Source of the DNA: an uncultured Clostridium sp.
GTDB taxonomy: Bacteria > Bacillota > Clostridia > TANB77 > CAG-508
Reading direction: 5' to 3'
DNA length: 64,000 bases
Assembly: GCA_964371215.1 (NCBI GenBank)
Contig: CAYJKU010000003.1
Span: 14,458 to 78,457 of the forward strand
The stretch's first letter is position 1, and each line of letters opens with the position of its first letter. Both the position numbers and the translations under genes were made by a program. Shown in pieces: positions 59,403 through 64,000 of the stretch. The notes beneath the pieces were generated by a model that was not told the DNA's origin, made no database searches, and saw only the letters and a list, made by a program, of their open reading frames with translations.

Positions 59403-62162
59403 ATGATACTTAAAAACAATCCACAAGAAGGGCTTCAATCTCACCAATTAGCTGCATATAATAATGTATTAGAAAAATATAAAACTGGAAACAAGGCTGC
59501 AGTTGTTATCCCTACTGGTTGCGGTAAATCATTTATTTCGTTACAATTGATGGTAGATAATCAAAATTCTAATATAATGTTAATCGCACCTTCAAATGCA
59601 ATTAAAAGCCAAATGTATAATTATATTGCCAAATATATAGTAGGAAAAAATGTTAGCAAAGAAGAACCTGCTAAAAAAATAGCCGAAGAGTACTTCCCTA
59701 ATATGAAAATAATTACATATCAATCCTTATTAAGAATGGATGAGGAAGTTATGAAAAAATTAAATTTAGATGTTTTGATATTAGATGAATTACATAGAAC
59801 TGGTGCTGAAAAATGGGGAGACAAAATAGATAAACTTTTAGATTACAATTCAAATACAAAATTATTAGGTGTTACAGCTACTCCGGATAGAATGGATAAT
59901 AGTAATGTAATAGATAATATGTTTGACGGAGAAATTGCATATGAACTTACATTAATTGATGCTCTAAAATCTGGAATTGTAAATCAACCAAAATATGTGA
60001 AATGTGACTACTCTTTAGGCGAAGAAGTAGAAAAAATAGAATTAGCTATTCAAAATTCAGATGATGAATATGAAAAAAAACAATTAAAAAAAATATATAC
60101 TGAAATGAAAAAAATAGTTCAAAAAGCTGATGGTATACAAACATTATTTGAAAAAAATCTGAACAGTCCGGATGGAAAATATATCGTTTTTGCACGAAAT
60201 AAAGAGCATATGGATGAATTAATGAAAAAATCAGATGAATGGTTTTCAAATATTAATACTAATATAGAAAAATATTCTGTTTATTCAGGAGCTGGATATA
60301 ATAGTAAAAAAAATTCAAAAATGATTAAAGAATTTGAAAAATCTAAAAGTCCTGCACTTAAACTATTATTTTCTGTAGACATGTTAAATGAAGGTTTACA
60401 TGTAGAAGATATATCTGGTGTTTTAATGATGAGAAAAACAGATTCAAGAATAATATATTTACAACAATTAGGTAGAGTTTTATCATCTGATACTTCAAGA
60501 GAAATTCCCATTGTTTTCGACTTAGTAAATAATTATTTAAATATCAATTTAGATAAAGAAATTAATGAAAAAGAATTAAAAGATGATAATGATGAAGAAA
60601 CTAAAATTAATAATGGTCAATTTTCTAGTGACTCTATTAAAGACCCTACTGAAAAACAAGAAATCGACATATTTAAAATAACAGGAGAAACTAAACGATT
60701 TTTAGAACTATTTGCAGAAGCTAATGAAATTCAAAGTTCTAACATTATACAAGAATGTAGAAAGCTACAAAATTGGCGTATAAAAAATACAACGCTAAAA
60801 CTCCCTAGAAAAACATCCAAAGATAACGAAGAAAAGGAATGTGCTAATATATACATAAAGCTAAAAGAAAAACTATCCCAAGAATACTATATACTGGAAA
60901 ACGAATCAGAAAAAGAATTATATATACAAGATAATCCTCATATGGAAGAGATCCTTGCTGTTATAACAGATATCGATTCTAATAACATTCCATCCATTTT
61001 AACTAATATTAGAAAAATACAAAATTGGGTATCCATAAACAATGTCATACCACGAAATAATTCACTAAATAATATTGAAAGAAATTTAGCTAATTCTTTA
61101 AGTCACATTAGAGGAGTTTTAAAAAAAGAATTTTATATATTAGAAAATGAAGAATCTAAAAAAACATACTTGCATAAAAATCCATATATGAAAGAAGTTG
61201 TAGAAGTTATTGCTGAATTGGAAAACAACTATTTACATCCTAGATTAGCAGATGCTAGAGAAATTGAAGCATGGATGATTTCTAATAATACAAATATTCC
61301 ACCATCACAATCAAAAAATGTATCACAAGAGGAAAAAGACTTAAGTAAAAAATACAATATCTTAATGACTAAAAGAAATCAATATGACAACTTAAATTCA
61401 CAAGAAAAAAAAGATAATTACTTAAGATCAAATCCATATATGAGAGAACTTCTAGAAATTACAGATAGAATAAAAGAAAAACTTCCTAAAGCAAAAGATC
61501 CAGCTGTGTTAAGATATACACCAAAAATACCAAGAACTTTAAAAAATGCGCAAAAAATTGAAAATTGGATGAAAGATAATAAAACCACTAAACCTCCATC
61601 TGAGTCCTCTCATGAAAAAGAAGAGAAAAAGTTAGCAAAATCCCTTGATACTATAAAAACAAAGATAAAAAATGAATATACCAATTTAGACCCTGAAAAA
61701 AAGGAAGCATATTTAATTAATAATCCACATATGTCAACTGTTTTAAAAATTGTAACAAACATTAATGAAAATAATATTAAGACTACTTTAAGAAATGCCA
61801 GAAATATTGAAACATGGATGCTGGAAAATAAAACTACAAAAACTCCATCTAAAAATTCAAAGGACCCTCTAGAAAAACAATTAGGTTCACAGTTGGGATC
61901 AATTAGAAAAGTTATCAAAAAAAATATTTCGAACAGTGAAAGTCCTGAAGCTCTTAGTCAATACCTAGAGAAAAACCCACATATGCCAGAAGTTATACAA
62001 ATTATTAATAATATTGATTCTAAATTTGAAAACTTAAAAGCTTTAACACAAACTTTCGAAGACAAAAAATCAATTTTGAATGACCTAAAAAACCAAGAAA
62101 AAATATTAAGGAATAAAAAGGAAAAAAATAATAATAAAGGAATACTAGTTGATGATGAATAA
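59403..62162 (+). CDS. SF2 DEAD/DEAH-box (ResIII-type) helicase with five tandem C-terminal ~84-aa repeats
   Basis: Motif I VIPTGCGKS, motif II ILDELH, motif III GVTATPDR, and motifs V and VI in VDMLNEGLHV...YLQQLGRVLS. AAAGGAGG SD. The C-terminal half is repetitive (see the repeat feature). Confidence 0.85.
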   Translation: MILKNNPQEGLQSHQLAAYNNVLEKYKTGNKAAVVIPTGCGKSFISLQLMVDNQNSNIMLIAPSNAIKSQMYNYIAKYIVGKNVSKEEPAKKIAEEYFPNMKIITYQSLLRMDEEVMKKLNLDVLILDELHRTGAEKWGDKIDKLLDYNSNTKLLGVTATPDRMDNSNVIDNMFDGEIAYELTLIDALKSGIVNQPKYVKCDYSLGEEVEKIELAIQNSDDEYEKKQLKKIYTEMKKIVQKADGIQTLFEKNLNSPDGKYIVFARNKEHMDELMKKSDEWFSNINTNIEKYSVYSGAGYNSKKNSKMIKEFEKSKSPALKLLFSVDMLNEGLHVEDISGVLMMRKTDSRIIYLQQLGRVLSSDTSREIPIVFDLVNNYLNINLDKEINEKELKDDNDEETKINNGQFSSDSIKDPTEKQEIDIFKITGETKRFLELFAEANEIQSSNIIQECRKLQNWRIKNTTLKLPRKTSKDNEEKECANIYIKLKEKLSQEYYILENESEKELYIQDNPHMEEILAVITDIDSNNIPSILTNIRKIQNWVSINNVIPRNNSLNNIERNLANSLSHIRGVLKKEFYILENEESKKTYLHKNPYMKEVVEVIAELENNYLHPRLADAREIEAWMISNNTNIPPSQSKNVSQEEKDLSKKYNILMTKRNQYDNLNSQEKKDNYLRSNPYMRELLEITDRIKEKLPKAKDPAVLRYTPKIPRTLKNAQKIENWMKDNKTTKPPSESSHEKEEKKLAKSLDTIKTKIKNEYTNLDPEKKEAYLINNPHMSTVLKIVTNINENNIKTTLRNARNIETWMLENKTTKTPSKNSKDPLEKQLGSQLGSIRKVIKKNISNSESPEALSQYLEKNPHMPEVIQIINNIDSKFENLKALTQTFEDKKSILNDLKNQEKILRNKKEKNNNKGILVDDE
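60741..62018 (+). repeat. intragenic tandem protein repeats (5 units of 82-98 aa)
   Basis: The units are anchored by (A/I/C)R(K/E/N)I(Q/E)xW at Trp 458, 542, 624, 722 and 805, and by (Y)Lxx NP(H/Y)M at aa 511, 593, 677, 774 and 858. The pattern is reminiscent of helicase-associated (HA) domain repeats. Confidence 0.75.
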
Positions 62163-62481
62163 ATTAATAAAGACAGATACTATTTGGTATAAAATTACTA
62201 AGTTTTTTAAAAATATTTTTTATAAAACTACCAATAAAAAAGAAGTTGTTATTGAACCTATAAATAATATAAAAACTTCTAACTTCAAAGAAAATTTACA
62301 AAAAGAATATTTAAATACTGTATTAGCAGAAAATATATCCAATAATGTTATTGAGATATATGATTTGGATGATGATCAAATTAAAAATATGGAACAATAT
62401 TATAGAGATCAAATTAACAATCTGAATAGGCAAATTGAAGAAACAAAAAAACATATAATATACCTACAAAAAATAAATTAA
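62149..62481 (+). CDS. small hypothetical protein with C-terminal coiled-coil, translationally coupled to the helicase
   Basis: The ATGATG start overlaps the helicase stop by 14 nt. 110 aa ending MEQYYRDQINNLNRQIEETKKHIIYLQKIN. Confidence 0.55.
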   Translation: MMMNKLIKTDTIWYKITKFFKNIFYKTTNKKEVVIEPINNIKTSNFKENLQKEYLNTVLAENISNNVIEIYDLDDDQIKNMEQYYRDQINNLNRQIEETKKHIIYLQKIN

Positions 62482-62536
62482 TTCTTTGCTTCTAGTATTC
62501 TAAACAGTATTACAAATACCATAAATTTTATTAGTA

Positions 62537-62573
62537 AAAACTGAAATAGCTTTTAATGTTATTTTAGTTTTTT
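62537..62573 (+). terminator. rho-independent terminator after the helicase operon
   Basis: aaaactgaaata / tattttagtttt 12-bp stem (one G-U pair) with an 11-nt loop and a trailing T-run. Confidence 0.6.
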
Positions 62574-62689
62574 ACATTATATATCTCTATTTTACTTTAA
62601 TTATTTTTCTCTCTACATCTTTTTTTCTTGATTTTTTATATATTCTGTATTATATATAAATATAATTACATCTTTAAGGAGAACAAATT

Positions 62690-63979
62690 ATGATTAACAT
62701 AGAAAAGTATTTTTCAAACTTTTTTAAAGGAACTAAAAATCCATCTTTACACGCCATGAAGTTTTTTATGGACAAATATAATAATTTTGAAAAACATATG
62801 AAATTTATACATATAGCTGGAACAAATGGTAAAGGTAGCTGTACTGAAATTTTAACCAACATATTAGTTCACAACAACTATAAAGTAGGAAAATTTCTCT
62901 CACCACATTTAATAAAATATAATGAAAGAATTAGTATCAACAACATAAATATATCTGATAAAGATTTAGAAGATTTAATTAATGAATTAACACCTTTAAT
63001 TAAAGAATATAACGCTATTCATAATATAGATATTACATTATTTGAATTAGAAACAATTATAGGATTATTATATTTTTATAGAAATAATGTTGATTTTGTC
63101 ATATTAGAAACTGGATTAGGTGGCTTATATGATTGTACTAATATAATATCTAAACCTTTAGTATCTATAATAACTTCTATTGCTATTGATCATTCTCATA
63201 TTTTAGGTACTACTTTACCTGAAATAGCATATCAAAAAGCAGGAATTATAAAAGATAATTCTAATACTGTTATTTTTAATCAATCTACAGAAATTGATGA
63301 TGTATTTGCTAAAACATGTGCTATTAAAAATAATTCTATTCATATTGTTAAAAATAGTGATATATCAAATTATAGACTTGAGAATACTCTACAATCATTT
63401 GACTATAAAAGTTTTAAAGAATTAAAGTTAAATTTAAAAGGTAAAATGCAAATACGAAATTGTTGCTTATGTTTAGAAACAATAAACATTCTTAAAAAGA
63501 TTGGATATGATATAAATACTGAAAAACTTAAAAATGCTCTTACCACAATTATACATCGTGGTAGAATGGAGGAATTGTCTACATCTCCCAAAATTATATT
63601 TGATGGTGCACATAATCCACATGCTATTAGCTGCTTATTAGAAAACATTAATTTATATTATAATAACTCAAATCGAGTATATATAATATCCATTCTTAAA
63701 CAAAAAGACTATGATAAAATGCTACAACTTCTATCTATTGACAAAAATGCTACTTTCATACTAACTTCTGGTAGTAATACAGATAAATATGCATCTTCTC
63801 AAGAGTTATATAATTGTGCAATTACTTATATTAAAAAAGAAAATTTACTTCTTATGAGTTTAGATAATGCAATTGAAACAGCTATACAAAATGAACTATG
63901 TTCAACATATTTTTTTATAGGTAGTTTTTATATTTATGGTACAGTAGTGAATAAAATAAAGAGTTGTTTAAATGCTTAA
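62690..63979 (+). CDS. folC: bifunctional folylpolyglutamate synthase / dihydrofolate synthase
   Basis: Mur-ligase-type P-loop HIAGTNGKGS, ILETGLGG, and DGAHNPHA near the C-terminal domain. Confidence 0.85.
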   Translation: MINIEKYFSNFFKGTKNPSLHAMKFFMDKYNNFEKHMKFIHIAGTNGKGSCTEILTNILVHNNYKVGKFLSPHLIKYNERISINNINISDKDLEDLINELTPLIKEYNAIHNIDITLFELETIIGLLYFYRNNVDFVILETGLGGLYDCTNIISKPLVSIITSIAIDHSHILGTTLPEIAYQKAGIIKDNSNTVIFNQSTEIDDVFAKTCAIKNNSIHIVKNSDISNYRLENTLQSFDYKSFKELKLNLKGKMQIRNCCLCLETINILKKIGYDINTEKLKNALTTIIHRGRMEELSTSPKIIFDGAHNPHAISCLLENINLYYNNSNRVYIISILKQKDYDKMLQLLSIDKNATFILTSGSNTDKYASSQELYNCAITYIKKENLLLMSLDNAIETAIQNELCSTYFFIGSFYIYGTVVNKIKSCLNA

Positions 63980-64000
63980 TAACAAAAAATCAAGATAACA

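Noticed and set aside
60741-62018. Regularly spaced DNA repeats (about 250 bp period) that might suggest a CRISPR-like or satellite array
   Set aside because: The periodicity is at the protein level, inside one continuous ORF. The units are divergent at the DNA level and far longer than CRISPR repeats. No CRISPR array is present anywhere in the window.
1-64000. tRNA, rRNA, IS elements, integrases, reverse transcriptases, toxin-antitoxin pairs
   Set aside because: I scanned the intergenic regions for GC-rich structured segments and the ORF list for DDE, tyrosine or serine recombinase, or RT motifs, and found none. The absence is based on reading by eye and should be confirmed with tRNAscan-SE, Infernal and ISEScan.

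Overview
Very AT-rich chromosomal segment from an endospore-forming, low-GC Firmicute (Clostridia-like; the species cannot be named from sequence alone). Standard code 11 fits: long ORFs are intact, Trp is TGG, and all three stop codons are used. Most genes lie on the minus strand and are core functions. These are CvpA, a YkvI-type permease, a GldA/F/G-like ABC exporter, a polysaccharide deacetylase and the gdpP-rplI-dnaB cluster. Also core are pflB-pflA, tatD, acpS, spoIIE, the radC-mreBCD-PBP2-minC morphogenesis cluster, mecA-like, a CotF-like spore coat protein, pcrA, murF-ddl, VanW, ypeB and folC. There are two paralogous M23 peptidases, and an alpha/beta-type SASP gene is missing from the ORF track. 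Three blocks look accessory and are the best candidates for something undescribed. (1) Two tandem giant surface proteins (1600 and 1377 aa, 24772-33727) carry Cna-B/SdrD-B/DUF11-like modules and non-LPXTG C-terminal sorting signals. They sit where minD/minE would be expected. (2) A self-contained three-gene cassette (46201-49139) has its own consensus promoter and terminator. It encodes two unknown small proteins plus an orphan VirD4/TraG-type coupling ATPase that is frameshifted inside its Walker A motif. (3) A DEAH-type SF2 helicase has five tandem ~84-aa C-terminal repeats and is translationally coupled to a small coiled-coil ORF (59403-62481). A monofunctional GT51 transglycosylase is also frameshifted. 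I recognised no rRNA, tRNA, CRISPR array, transposase, integrase or reverse transcriptase. All functional calls rest on motif recognition by eye, not on database searches.
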